The position numbers and the translations under genes were made by a program. The notes under the pieces were generated by a model that was not told where the DNA came from, did not search any database, and saw only the letters and a list, made by a program, of their open reading frames with translations. From Gammaproteobacteria bacterium (GTDB lineage: Bacteria; Pseudomonadota; Gammaproteobacteria; GCA-002705445; GCA-002716945), in contig JADHNN010000006.1 in assembly GCA_016779485.1 (NCBI GenBank), forward strand, positions 2,202 through 66,201: DNA of 64,000 nucleotides, written 5' to 3'. Each line of letters opens with the position of its first letter. The first letter of the stretch is position 1. Shown here piece after piece: positions 10,113 to 21,018 of the stretch.

Positions 10113-11653
10113 ATGCCGGATAGTTTTTTTGTTTCAAGATTAGGGTTTTGGAATATTTTATTTATAGCATTTAAATAAGCAAGAACCGATGCCTTTACAA
10201 TATCAGTATCTGCACCATGACCATTAACTATGACATCATCTTTTACAACTCTCACTGTAACTTCCCCTTGAGCATCAGTACCTGATGTAATGTTATTAAC
10301 TGAGTAAAGTTTGAGCTCTACATTAAAATCTATTAGATGGTTAATTGCATTGTATGCAGCATCAACAGCTCCATCGCCTTCTGAAGATGATTGGAATTCT
10401 TCACCTTTAATATTTAGTTTTATTTTTGCAAAAGGTTTTTTTGAGGAATCAGATGTGACGGACATCTCAATCAGTTGTATATCCTCTCCGGATAATTGGA
10501 TATTATTGGATAGTCTAATAATATCTTCATCATAAATTTCATGTTTTTTATCAGCAAGCTCTTTAAATCTATCAAAAAGATCGTTAAACGAATCATCAGA
10601 ATCTGACTGAATATTAAGCTGAGCCATTTTCTGTTTTAAAGCATTTCTTCCTGAATGCTTACCAAGAACTAAAGAGTTGCTCACTAAACCTATATCCTCT
10701 GCTTTCATTATTTCATAAGTTTCTCTTGATTTAATAATGCCATCTTGATGTATACCTGATTCATGTGCAAAAGCATTCTTTCCAACTATTGCTTTATTAG
10801 GTTGAACTGGAAATCCTGTAATACTAGAAACCAATCTAGAACAATTCATAATTTTTTTTGTATCAATTCTAGTATCACAAGAAAATACATCTCTTCGTGT
10901 CTTTACCGTCATTACAATTTCTTCCAATGCTGCATTACCTGCTCTTTCTCCAAGGCCATTAATTGTACATTCTACCTGTCGCGCACCATGAAGTACTGAT
11001 GATAATGAATTAGACACAGCAAGACCCAAATCATTATGACAATGAACTGAAAATATTGCCTGACTTGAATTAGGAACATTAGCAATAATTTTCTTTATCA
11101 ACTCTCCAAATTGATGAGGCATATTATAACCAACTGTATCTGGAATATTAATTGTGGTTGCTCCTGCATCAATTACTTTTTCTATAATGTTACACAGAAA
11201 TCTAAAATCGGATCTTCCTGCATCTTCAGGAGAAAATTCTACGTCCTCTGCATTATTCTTAGCTATCGTTACAGCCTTTACTGCATTTTCAATAACTTGC
11301 TCAGGTGTCATTTTTAATTTCATTTCCATGTGAATTGGTGATGTAGCAATAAATGTGTGTATTCTTGAATACTTAGCGTCTTTTAATGCATCCGCAGCTC
11401 GAAGGATATCTTTCTCTAGTGCTCTTGCTAATGCACATATTCTAGAATTTTTTATAGTTTTAGCAATTTCTTGTACTGCAGTAAAATCACCGTTACTAGC
11501 AATTGGGAAGCCTGCTTCGATAACATCAACGTTTAAATCGCTCAGTGCATTGGCAATTTGAATTTTTTCCTCAATATCCATTGATGCACCAGGACTCTGT
11601 TCACCGTCTCTAAGTGTAGTATCAAATATTATTAGATTGTCAGTATCGCTCAT
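10109..11653 (-). CDS. leuA: 2-isopropylmalate synthase
   Basis: 514 aa with N-terminal FDTTLRDGEQSPG and HCHNDLGLAVSNSL motifs plus a C-terminal LeuA regulatory domain. Confidence 0.93.
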   Translation of the reverse strand: MSDTDNLIIFDTTLRDGEQSPGASMDIEEKIQIANALSDLNVDVIEAGFPIASNGDFTAVQEIAKTIKNSRICALARALEKDILRAADALKDAKYSRIHTFIATSPIHMEMKLKMTPEQVIENAVKAVTIAKNNAEDVEFSPEDAGRSDFRFLCNIIEKVIDAGATTINIPDTVGYNMPHQFGELIKKIIANVPNSSQAIFSVHCHNDLGLAVSNSLSSVLHGARQVECTINGLGERAGNAALEEIVMTVKTRRDVFSCDTRIDTKKIMNCSRLVSSITGFPVQPNKAIVGKNAFAHESGIHQDGIIKSRETYEIMKAEDIGLVSNSLVLGKHSGRNALKQKMAQLNIQSDSDDSFNDLFDRFKELADKKHEIYDEDIIRLSNNIQLSGEDIQLIEMSVTSDSSKKPFAKIKLNIKGEEFQSSSEGDGAVDAAYNAINHLIDFNVELKLYSVNNITSGTDAQGEVTVRVVKDDVIVNGHGADTDIVKASVLAYLNAINKIFQNPNLETKKLSGI

Positions 11654-11689
11654 TTTCTAATTCCTTAACATAATAGAGTCTCACGGTGC

Positions 11690-11718
11690 ATTATAACCTA
11701 AAGAAGGTAGAAGCAAAA
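11690..11718 (-). promoter_or_regulatory. Putative sigma70-type promoter for leuA (TTGCTT-N15-TATAAT on the minus strand)
   Basis: It lies in the 90-bp pssA-leuA spacer about 40 nt upstream of the leuA ATG. The spacer is shorter than optimal. Confidence 0.25.
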
Positions 11719-11743
11719 AAACATATTAATATAAGTGACGTTA

Positions 11744-12514
11744 TTAGTTATTTTTTGATGATAAATCTTGGTCACTTATACGATTTCTCCTAATTTTTCT
11801 TAAGACATATAATGAAGGACCTGATAATCCATATAAGAGGAAAAAAATGAACAATACTTTTGGAGGATCAAAAGATATAAAAGATATAACGAGAGAAATA
11901 GCAAATAGCGCTAAGTGTGGGATTTTTTGTTTGAGATCAATATCTTTAAAACTAACATATGCAATGTTACTAACCATTAATATAGATAGAGAAACGATCA
12001 ATATAATTGTTAATATAATGTATGATGAAATATCAGCTCCTAAATCTACCATTAGCCACACATAACATATCAATACTGCTGCTGCTGCAGGACTCGCAAG
12101 GCCCATAAAATATTTCTTATCTGTTGTCTGATTCCTAGAGTTAAATCGAGCTAACCTTATCGCAGTAGATGCTATATATATGAAACAAGCAATATATGAA
12201 ATTTTAGCAATGTATCCAGAAGTAAACATAGATAAACTAGAGAGATATATGAGAAGTGAAGGAGCTACGCCAAAACAAAGCATATCAGATAAACTATCAA
12301 AATATTCACCAAAAGATGTTTGTGTATTAGTCATGCGAGCTACCCTTCCATCTAAACCATCAAGAACCATAGCTATCAAGATGTATACAGAAGCATGAAT
12401 AAAATTACCCTCAATAGCAACAACTATAGAATAAAAACCACAAAATAATGCCCCTGATGTAACCAAGTTTGGAAGTAAATATACTCCAGGTAATTTATTT
12501 TTTTTTCTTGTCAA
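11744..12514 (-). CDS. pssA: CDP-diacylglycerol--serine O-phosphatidyltransferase (CDP-alcohol phosphatidyltransferase type)
   Basis: 256 aa, polytopic, with the motif DGLDGRVAR. It sits between ilvC and leuA as in Pseudomonas-type genomes. Confidence 0.85.
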   Translation of the reverse strand: MTRKKNKLPGVYLLPNLVTSGALFCGFYSIVVAIEGNFIHASVYILIAMVLDGLDGRVARMTNTQTSFGEYFDSLSDMLCFGVAPSLLIYLSSLSMFTSGYIAKISYIACFIYIASTAIRLARFNSRNQTTDKKYFMGLASPAAAAVLICYVWLMVDLGADISSYIILTIILIVSLSILMVSNIAYVSFKDIDLKQKIPHLALFAISLVISFISFDPPKVLFIFFLLYGLSGPSLYVLRKIRRNRISDQDLSSKNN

Positions 12515-13534
<1,020 letters not shown>

Positions 13535-14047
13535 CTATTTTTTTATTTCTAATGATTCAGATCCTCTACTGATACCTAAAGCGCCTGACCTTACTTGTTC
13601 AATTATTTTTATTTTTCCAAGTGAATCAATGAAAGCAAGAATTTTTTCAGTAGGTCCAGTAAGCTCTATTGTGTATGTAGTATCTGTTACATCTATTATT
13701 CTAGCTCTAAATATATCTGTGAGTCTTTTAAGTTCATCTCTTTGTTTCAATGTTGATTTTACTTTTAGAAGTAACATTTCTCTTTCTATATGAGTTTCAT
13801 CTGTTAAGTCTTTTACGTTTATGACATCAACTAACTTATCAAGTTGCTTCATTAATTGTGATGATTTAGCATCCGAACAATAAGTTACAAGTGTCATTCT
13901 AGAAATTGAATCATCTGAAGTGGGGGCAACACTTAGACAGTGAATATTATATCCTCTAGCAGAGAATAAACCCGCAATTCTTGATAGTGAACCGAATTCA
14001 TTTTCAACAAGAATCGAGATGATATGTCTTTTGTCTATAGTAGTCAT
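13535..14047 (-). CDS. ilvH: Acetolactate synthase small (regulatory) subunit
   Basis: 170 aa with an ACT domain (ISILVENEFGSLSRIAGLFSARGYNI). Confidence 0.9.
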   Translation of the reverse strand: MTTIDKRHIISILVENEFGSLSRIAGLFSARGYNIHCLSVAPTSDDSISRMTLVTYCSDAKSSQLMKQLDKLVDVINVKDLTDETHIEREMLLLKVKSTLKQRDELKRLTDIFRARIIDVTDTTYTIELTGPTEKILAFIDSLGKIKIIEQVRSGALGISRGSESLEIKK

Positions 14048-15774
14048 GCAAGCTCTATATCTTCGTTAGCTGATGGCGCAAGGTGCATCTCATGATGGCC
14101 TTTACCATTTACAATCATCGGATAAACATTTTCAGTTTGATCGGTTATAACATCAACAAATACAAGTCTATTTTTGTAACTTAATGCTTTTGTTAAATCT
14201 TTTTCTAGATTCTCAGGGTTATCAATAACCATTCCAATATGACCAAAACTCTCTGCTAGCTTAGCAAAATCCGGAATAGCATCCATGTACGACATTGCGT
14301 ATCTGCCTTCATAGAAAAATTCCTGCCATTGTCTTACCATACCCATGTATCTATTATTAAGATTAATTACTTTTATTGGAAGCCCATATTGTAAACAAGT
14401 AGAGAGCTCTTGTATGCACATTAGTATACTCGCCTCCCCAGTTACGCAAATAACCTGCTCCTTGGGAAAAGCTAACTGTGCTCCTATTGCTGCTGGTAGA
14501 CCAAAACCCATTGTGCCTAAACCTCCAGAATTTATCCATCTGTTTGGTTTATCAAATTTATAATATTGTGCAACCCACATTTGATGCTGGCCAACGTCAG
14601 ATGTCACAAAAGACTTACCTTTTGATATTTTATGAAGACTTTCTATCACGGCCTGTGGTTTAATTACTTTATTTGATTTAGCATATGACAAGCATTTCTT
14701 CTTTTGCCATGAATTAATTTTCTTCCACCATTTATCAATTGCTACTGTATCAATATTATTTTTGTAATTTGTAGTATATGAAATAAGTTTTTTTAGAATT
14801 TTCTTTGTGTCGCCAATTAAAGAATGGTCAACTTCTATGATTTTTGAAATAGACGATGGATCAATGTCAATATGTATTATTTTAGCTTTAGGACAAAACT
14901 GTTTTGTGTCACCTGTGACTCTGTCATCGAATCTAGCACCAACAGCTAAGAGGACGTCACAATTGTGCATAGCCATATTTGCTTCATATGTTCCATGCAT
15001 ACCTAACATTCCCAGAAACTGTGAGTCAGATGATGGATAAGCCCCCAGCCCCATTAAAGTATTTGTAATTGGAAAGTTTAATAGTTTTGTTAGTTTTGTG
15101 AGTTCTGCACTAGCTTTACTAAGGACAACTCCGCCTCCAGAATAAATCATTGGTTTCTTAGCTGAACAAATTAATTTAGCCGCATCATGAATTTTATCTT
15201 CACATTCGTTAGTCTTTACTTTGTATGACCTAATTTTTATATTTTTCTTGTATTCAAAATTAATTTTAATATTAGGGTCCGTAAGATCTTTAGGGATATC
15301 AATTATTACTGGTCCCGGTCTTCCTGTAGTTGCTATTATAAATGCCTTTCTAAAAGTTTCTGCAATTGACTCTCTATCATTTATAAGAAAGTTATGTTTA
15401 CATATCGGCCTTGTTATACCTGTAGCATCTGCTTCTTGAAATGCATCACTTCCAACATAATGTCTGGATACTTGCCCTGAAATTACAATCATAGGTATGG
15501 AATCCATATGTGCAGTTGCAATACCTGTTACACAATTAGTAATGCCTGGACCTGATGTTACGAGGACTATGCCAGGTTTATTGCATGCTCTTGCATAACC
15601 ATCTGCTGCATGAGTAGCACCCTGCTCATGTCTAACCAAAACATGCTTTATGTCCTTAGCCGCAAATAAGGCATCATATATATGTAGTACTGCACCACCA
15701 GGGTAGCCAAATATATAATCTACCCCTTCTTTTTTAAGAGATTCAATAATTATCTCAGAACCACTAAGTTTCAT
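14044..15774 (-). CDS. ilvI: Acetolactate synthase large subunit (TPP-dependent)
   Basis: 576 aa with N-terminal GSEIIIESLKKEGVDYIFGYPGGAVL and TPP-binding GLGTMGFGLPAAIGA motifs. Confidence 0.93.
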   Translation of the reverse strand: MKLSGSEIIIESLKKEGVDYIFGYPGGAVLHIYDALFAAKDIKHVLVRHEQGATHAADGYARACNKPGIVLVTSGPGITNCVTGIATAHMDSIPMIVISGQVSRHYVGSDAFQEADATGITRPICKHNFLINDRESIAETFRKAFIIATTGRPGPVIIDIPKDLTDPNIKINFEYKKNIKIRSYKVKTNECEDKIHDAAKLICSAKKPMIYSGGGVVLSKASAELTKLTKLLNFPITNTLMGLGAYPSSDSQFLGMLGMHGTYEANMAMHNCDVLLAVGARFDDRVTGDTKQFCPKAKIIHIDIDPSSISKIIEVDHSLIGDTKKILKKLISYTTNYKNNIDTVAIDKWWKKINSWQKKKCLSYAKSNKVIKPQAVIESLHKISKGKSFVTSDVGQHQMWVAQYYKFDKPNRWINSGGLGTMGFGLPAAIGAQLAFPKEQVICVTGEASILMCIQELSTCLQYGLPIKVINLNNRYMGMVRQWQEFFYEGRYAMSYMDAIPDFAKLAESFGHIGMVIDNPENLEKDLTKALSYKNRLVFVDVITDQTENVYPMIVNGKGHHEMHLAPSANEDIELA

Positions 15775-15797
15775 TCCCTGTTTCTCGCAAGTTGAAT

Positions 15798-16028
15798 TTA
15801 ATTCTTTTTAATCAAAAAATAGAATTTATTATCTTTAGATTCTGATGATAGTAGTTCGTTACCAGTTTGACTAGCAAATGATTCAAAATCCATAACAGCG
15901 CCCGGATCTGTAGAGATAACATGAAGGACTTGACCTGCCTCCATAGAGTTAATCTCTTTTTTAGCTTTAATGATAGGTAGGGGACAGTTTAATCCACTTG
16001 TATCTAGTTCTTTTGTAAATTCACTCAT
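15798..16028 (-). CDS. TusA-like sulfurtransferase
   Basis: 76 aa with the CPLP active-site motif (GLNCPLPIIKAKKEI). Confidence 0.8.
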   Translation of the reverse strand: MSEFTKELDTSGLNCPLPIIKAKKEINSMEAGQVLHVISTDPGAVMDFESFASQTGNELLSSESKDNKFYFLIKKN

Positions 16029-16123
16029 TATCTTACACCTCTTGAGTTATAATAATATATTGGAAACTATATTAGTACATTTAGATAATTTAATATAGAA
16101 AAACATACATCAAGTAGGTATAA

Positions 16124-17542
16124 ATGTATAAAATTTTCTTAATCCCCTTGTTTCTATTTTCATCAGGCGATTTATTATCAGAATCAGACGTCCCTTCACC
16201 TAGACTTGGTGATACCTTAAACCAGACAATAACGCTTGATCAAGAGGGAAAAATTGGAAGAAATATCTATAGAAACCTTCAAAAACACAACTATATTATC
16301 AATAATTTTCTTGTTTATGATTACATTACATATCTTGGTAATAAATTAAGTAGAAATATTCTATTAGAAAGAGATTATTTATTTTTTATCACTAAGTCGA
16401 CAGATGTAAATGCATTCGCTGTACCAGGAGGATTTGTGGGAATCAATGGCGGTTTAGTGGTTCTAACCCAGAATGAAGCGCAATTGGCAGGTGTTATTTC
16501 ACATGAGTTAGGACATGTGGTACTTCGTCATTCAGCTGAAATGATGGCTAACAGTAACGTTAATTCAATACCTATGTGGATAGGTATTTTTGCAGGCCTT
16601 TTGGCTGGTCAAACTGAGGCTAGTATTGCATCTATCAAAGCTGGTATTGGATTGTCAGTTCAAAATAATATTAACCTAGTTAGAGAAAACGAAATAGAGT
16701 CTGATAATTTTGCAGTCTCACTTATGTTAAAAAGCAATTATGATTTGAATGAAATGGCAAAATTCTTTAGATTAATGCAGGGAGATAGTAATAATCAAAC
16801 TCAAGTGAATGAATATTTTTTAACACATCCTTTGTATAAAAACAGGATAAGTACTATTAAGAAAAGAGCTGCAATCCAAAACAACGCAATAATAAATAGT
16901 TCTGATGATTATCATTTCATAAAAAACATCATTGTGAACATGTTGAGTATGCCAATAGATAATAGTTCAACAAAAAATGAAGCTATTAACAATCATCGTG
17001 CAGCATTAGATTATGTTAGTAAAGGTAATTATAAAAAAGCTAGAAAAGTGCTACAACCGAGCTATGACAAAAATAATTATAATATATATGTTGCTTCTTT
17101 AATGTCACAAATTTTATGGCTACAAAATGAAAAAAAACATTCTAAAAATATTTTAAAAAAAATATTAACAATTTATCCAAATAATAATGCTATAAATAAT
17201 CAACTTTATTTTCTTAATATTAAAGATTCTATAAATCTGAAAGCTTCCACTTCAGGGATGGCAAGACTAATGAATAATAATATCTATAACCCTGATTTAT
17301 ATAAACTGTTAGCAGAGGGGTACTCAAAATTAGACGATGATTATAAGTCAAAACGTGCACTTATAGATTACTATAATCTTAAAGGTAATATTTCTATGGC
17401 ATTTAAAGTTATTGATGATGGATTAAAATCAAAGCAACTTAATGATTCAGAGAAAGATATTCTTAAAAATCTTAAAAACAGCATTTTATGTGATACTAAC
17501 CCCCCTCTTGAGCCAATATTTGGTGATAAAACCTGCAATTAA
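16124..17542 (+). CDS. bepA: Periplasmic M48 metalloprotease with C-terminal TPR repeats (BepA/YfgC-like)
   Basis: 472 aa with a signal peptide and the HELGHVVLRH zinc motif. The C-terminal half is TPR-like. Confidence 0.75.
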   Translation: MYKIFLIPLFLFSSGDLLSESDVPSPRLGDTLNQTITLDQEGKIGRNIYRNLQKHNYIINNFLVYDYITYLGNKLSRNILLERDYLFFITKSTDVNAFAVPGGFVGINGGLVVLTQNEAQLAGVISHELGHVVLRHSAEMMANSNVNSIPMWIGIFAGLLAGQTEASIASIKAGIGLSVQNNINLVRENEIESDNFAVSLMLKSNYDLNEMAKFFRLMQGDSNNQTQVNEYFLTHPLYKNRISTIKKRAAIQNNAIINSSDDYHFIKNIIVNMLSMPIDNSSTKNEAINNHRAALDYVSKGNYKKARKVLQPSYDKNNYNIYVASLMSQILWLQNEKKHSKNILKKILTIYPNNNAINNQLYFLNIKDSINLKASTSGMARLMNNNIYNPDLYKLLAEGYSKLDDDYKSKRALIDYYNLKGNISMAFKVIDDGLKSKQLNDSEKDILKNLKNSILCDTNPPLEPIFGDKTCN

Positions 17543-17583
17543 AAAATGTTTTAATGACATGCATTCATCTATATAATGTAGCC

Positions 17584-17919
17584 ATGAAAAGCTTAATCAA
17601 ATTTCTCATAATTATCATATTTGCTACTCCAATGTATTCACATGCTGATAATATTGAGGAAGGGAAAAAGCTTACATTTGACAGAAAAAAAGGTAATTGC
17701 CTTGCCTGTCATATGATTGATGATGGTGAGCTTGCAGGTAACAACGGACCTCCTCTACTTGCCATGAAACAAAGGTTTCCTGATAGAGAGGTATTATTTC
17801 AACAAATATGGGATCCTACTGAAAATAATCCGTACTCATTTATGCCGCCATTTGGAAAACATGGTGCATTAACAAAAAACGAAATTAATAAGATAATGGA
17901 TTATCTATACACATTGTGA
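17584..17919 (+). CDS. soxX: Sulfur-oxidation c-type cytochrome SoxX. The track ORF begins at 17554; the signal-peptide Met at 17584 is more likely.
   Basis: Monoheme CLACH site. It is the first gene of a soxXYZA run and has the signal peptide MKSLIKFLIIIIFATPMYSHA. Confidence 0.8.
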   Translation: MKSLIKFLIIIIFATPMYSHADNIEEGKKLTFDRKKGNCLACHMIDDGELAGNNGPPLLAMKQRFPDREVLFQQIWDPTENNPYSFMPPFGKHGALTKNEINKIMDYLYTL

Positions 17920-17926
17920 GGCAAAT

Positions 17927-18388
17927 ATGAAAAGAAGAAACTTCATAAAAAATAGTATCTTGTTTGCAGGAGCTCTTGCTGTAGCGCCTTCATCAATATT
18001 ATCTAATCATGCTTATGCGGCATGGCCAAAAAAATCTTTTGATATTAAAGATTTATCTGACTCTGTAAAAAGTGTTTATGGTCATAATAATCTTGAGGAA
18101 TCCTCTAAGGTTAAACTTAAAGCACCATCAATTGCTGAAAATGGAGCTATCGTGCCTATCAATGTCTCTACGACACTTGATAATGTTGAATCAATAATGA
18201 TATTTGTTGAGAATAACCCTCAACCGCTATCAAGTGGATATCAACTTACTAGCTTAGCTCAACCATCAATTGGATCAAGACTTAAGATGGGTAAAACATC
18301 AAACGTAATGGCAGCTGTCAAGAGTGGGAATAAAATATATACCTCAACTCAAGAAGTGAAAGTAACCATCGGAGGCTGTGGAGGATAA
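17927..18388 (+). CDS. soxY: Sulfur carrier protein SoxY
   Basis: Twin-arginine signal (KRRNFIK...AYA) and the diagnostic C-terminal GGCGG swinging-arm motif. Confidence 0.92.
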   Translation: MKRRNFIKNSILFAGALAVAPSSILSNHAYAAWPKKSFDIKDLSDSVKSVYGHNNLEESSKVKLKAPSIAENGAIVPINVSTTLDNVESIMIFVENNPQPLSSGYQLTSLAQPSIGSRLKMGKTSNVMAAVKSGNKIYTSTQEVKVTIGGCGG

Positions 18389-18390
18389 TT

Positions 18391-18699
18391 ATGAGCACAA
18401 TTAAAATAAGGTCAAAAGAATCTAACGGTGTTGTAACTGTTAAGGCTCTAATCAAACATCCTATGGAAACAGGACAGCGCAAAAATACAAAAACAGGTGA
18501 TTTAATTCCTGCGCACTATATTCAAGAAGTTCATAGTAAAGCTAATGGAAAGGATGTAATAACGATATACTGGGGACCTGCAGTCTCTAAAAATCCTTAT
18601 CTTACATTTAAGTACAAAGGCAATAAGGGTGATAACGTCGAAATTTCTTGGGTAGATAATCAAGGGAATAGAGATACAAACACAGGTAAGGTTAAATAG
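18391..18699 (+). CDS. soxZ: Sulfur compound chelating protein SoxZ
   Basis: 102 aa. It starts 3 nt after soxY and has SoxZ-like beta-sandwich sequence. Confidence 0.85.
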   Translation: MSTIKIRSKESNGVVTVKALIKHPMETGQRKNTKTGDLIPAHYIQEVHSKANGKDVITIYWGPAVSKNPYLTFKYKGNKGDNVEISWVDNQGNRDTNTGKVK

Positions 18700-18701
18700 T
18701 A

Positions 18702-19529
18702 ATGCTTAGAAAACTCCTAGTTGTTCTTTTATTATTTCCAACTATGCTCTCTCTAGCAAGTCCAGAAAAAGACTTTGAACAATTTGTGGATTACTTTAAA
18801 GAAAGATTTCCTAATACGCCATATGAAGATTATAAAAACGGAGTTTATTCCATTGATAAATCTGCGAGAGAGCAGTGGGAGGCAATGGAAGAATTTCCTC
18901 CATATGAGCTTAATGTAGATCGTGGTGAAGAATTATTTAATACACCTTTTAAAAATGGTAATACATACGGCTCATGTTTTGAAAATGATGGTATCGGTGT
19001 AAGACAGAACTATCCATATTTCGATGAAAAAAAAGGTAAAGTAGTTACTTTAGAGGGGGCACTTAATGAATGCAGAGTTGAAAATGGTGAGAAACCACTT
19101 AGTTACTTTAAAGGTAAAGAACTTGCGCATGTATCAGCATATATGGCTTACACTTCTAGAGGTAATAAATTCAATGTACAAATTCCTAATACCAAAGAAG
19201 CTTTAGAGGCATATGAAAATGGCAAAAGACTCTATTTTACAAAAAAAGGGCAATTAAATTTTTCATGTGCTGATTGCCACGTCTATCAGACTGGTACTAA
19301 ACTTCGTGCAGACATCCCTAGCCCAGCAATAGGACATCCAACACATTTTCCTGTGTATAGGTCTGGTATGGGTAGACTTGTAACACTCCATGAGAGATTC
19401 TCTGGATGTTTAAATCGTATAAGAGCCAAAGGATTACCTGGCGGTAGTGATGAACTTAATAATCTTGAATTCTTTACAACATTTATGAGTAATGGTCTTG
19501 AAGTAAATGGGCCGGGCTCTAGAAAATAA
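18702..19529 (+). CDS. soxA: Sulfur oxidation cytochrome c SoxA (monoheme type)
   Basis: 275 aa with one CADCH haem site and the conserved active-site Cys context (FSGCLNRIRA). Confidence 0.85.
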   Translation: MLRKLLVVLLLFPTMLSLASPEKDFEQFVDYFKERFPNTPYEDYKNGVYSIDKSAREQWEAMEEFPPYELNVDRGEELFNTPFKNGNTYGSCFENDGIGVRQNYPYFDEKKGKVVTLEGALNECRVENGEKPLSYFKGKELAHVSAYMAYTSRGNKFNVQIPNTKEALEAYENGKRLYFTKKGQLNFSCADCHVYQTGTKLRADIPSPAIGHPTHFPVYRSGMGRLVTLHERFSGCLNRIRAKGLPGGSDELNNLEFFTTFMSNGLEVNGPGSRK

Positions 19530-19553
19530 ATTTAAATACGATATACTCATCAT

Positions 19554-20054
19554 ATGGCTAACAAAGGTTTCAGCAGAACTTTAATCTATGTATTAAGTAT
19601 CACCATTTTATCATCTTGCGCTAATATGCAAGCTATGATTGAATCCCATGCTCAGGAAGAACAAGAAATCTCTGTCGAGAAAAAACTTCAAGTATCTATT
19701 CCATTACCAGAGGATTCTAAATATCTAATTAATAAGACTGTCATCTTTGGTGAAGGTAACAAATTTTCTGGAATACTATATCTTCAGCATGAAAAGTCAG
19801 CAGATGATGTGGCAAACTTCTATAGGAAGAACCTTATTTCAGATGGATGGTCAGAAATAGGTATAGTGAGATCCAGATTTATCTTAATCAATTTTGAAAA
19901 AGAGCGTAGATTCGCTACCGTAAAGGTTATACGTACTATGTTCGAGAAATCAGAATCTGAAATAACAATAGGCCCAAAATCCTCAACTCAGCTAGAAAAA
20001 AGTTTAGAAATTGATAGTAATGACTCATCTGATGAGCCCTTTATAGTTCAGTAG
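19554..20054 (+). CDS. Hypothetical lipoprotein
   Basis: 166 aa with a lipobox (ILSSC). It lies 24 bp downstream of soxA on the same strand and has no recognisable domain. Confidence 0.5.
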   Translation: MANKGFSRTLIYVLSITILSSCANMQAMIESHAQEEQEISVEKKLQVSIPLPEDSKYLINKTVIFGEGNKFSGILYLQHEKSADDVANFYRKNLISDGWSEIGIVRSRFILINFEKERRFATVKVIRTMFEKSESEITIGPKSSTQLEKSLEIDSNDSSDEPFIVQ

Positions 20055-20925
20055 TTATTCAAGTATCACATCTATTACTTCATCTAAATATAGATCTCTG
20101 AAAAAGTGCCCCGCACCATCAATTATTACTTTTCTTATATTAGGATTGCTAATCAGATTATATTTTTTATAGGCGTCCTCTAGAATTTCATCCTCAGTTC
20201 CTGAAAAGATTATTGTCGATGATTCACTAACATTAAGCAGATCAATAATATTGAATGTAAAAGGATAAACCGCTTTATTATTAGAAAAATCTAAATATGA
20301 TCTAAATGTTCTAGCAGATACATTTACATTTTCACAGAAAAGAAAATTAATTAACCCGTATCTGTCTTTAATATAATAATTATCACTTCCTTTTATAATT
20401 TCCTCATATGGGATATTTAATTCACTTTCATAATATTCTTTTGTACCCAGGTAAGTATCAATAGTAGGTGCTAGTAAATAGCTATGAATTTTTTTATTAT
20501 CGATTATAGATAATGCCTGGACAACATTATATGCTCCTCTCGAGTGGCCTATAAAGTTTATTTTTTTGTACCCTTCTTTTTTAAGATATTCATACCATTT
20601 TACTATTTCTTTCACTGATTGGTGTTCATTGTGATTATGTTGTATATCACAATCTAAAAATCTATCTTCACGCTTATCAATCCCATAGCTCAGATTTATA
20701 ATAAGAACATTGTGACCTTCTTCATATAATCTTGAGGCAAGTGATTGAATGATTTCCATTCCTTTATATGATCTCGCTCCATGTACAATTAAAAATGCTG
20801 AATCATTTTGTTCAGCTTTATACAGATCGCTAACGAGCTCTATGCTATCTTCAGTTTTGATAATGATGTTTGTGGTCGATGAAGTTACTGTAGATGAGAA
20901 AAAGAGAATACAAAGATAAAAACAT
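20055..20925 (-). CDS. Secreted alpha/beta-hydrolase (serine esterase-like); the 5' end is unresolved
   Basis: HG oxyanion motif (FLIVHGARS), GHSRGA nucleophile elbow, and a C-terminal GAGHFF. The track ORF reads through the tRNA-Lys gene. There is no in-frame ATG/GTG/TTG between the tRNA and the HG motif. An ATG at 20923-20925 is in the +1 frame. Confidence 0.6.
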
Positions 20926-20938
20926 GTGGTTAGTACAC

Positions 20939-21011
20939 TAGGGCGTACAGGATTCGAACCTGTGACAAATGGCTTAAAAGGCCACTGCTCTACCAACTGA
21001 GCTAACGCCCC
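20939..21011 (-). tRNA. tRNA-Lys (anticodon UUU)
   Basis: The reverse complement folds into a canonical cloverleaf (GGGGCGT acceptor, GCTC/GAGC D-stem, anticodon loop CTTTTAA, T-loop TTCGAAT) and is near-identical to E. coli tRNA-Lys. No CCA is encoded. Confidence 0.93.
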
Positions 21012-21018
21012 AAATATA

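Noticed and set aside
11654-11743. Possible leucine leader peptide or attenuator upstream of leuA
   Set aside because: There is no Leu-codon-rich small ORF and no alternative hairpins. Only a weak promoter-like element is visible.
17554-17583. Upstream 10-aa extension of soxX (MTCIHLYNVA)
   Set aside because: The signal peptide begins at the next Met (MKSLIKFLIIII...). The extension overlaps the bepA stop region and is unlikely to be translated.
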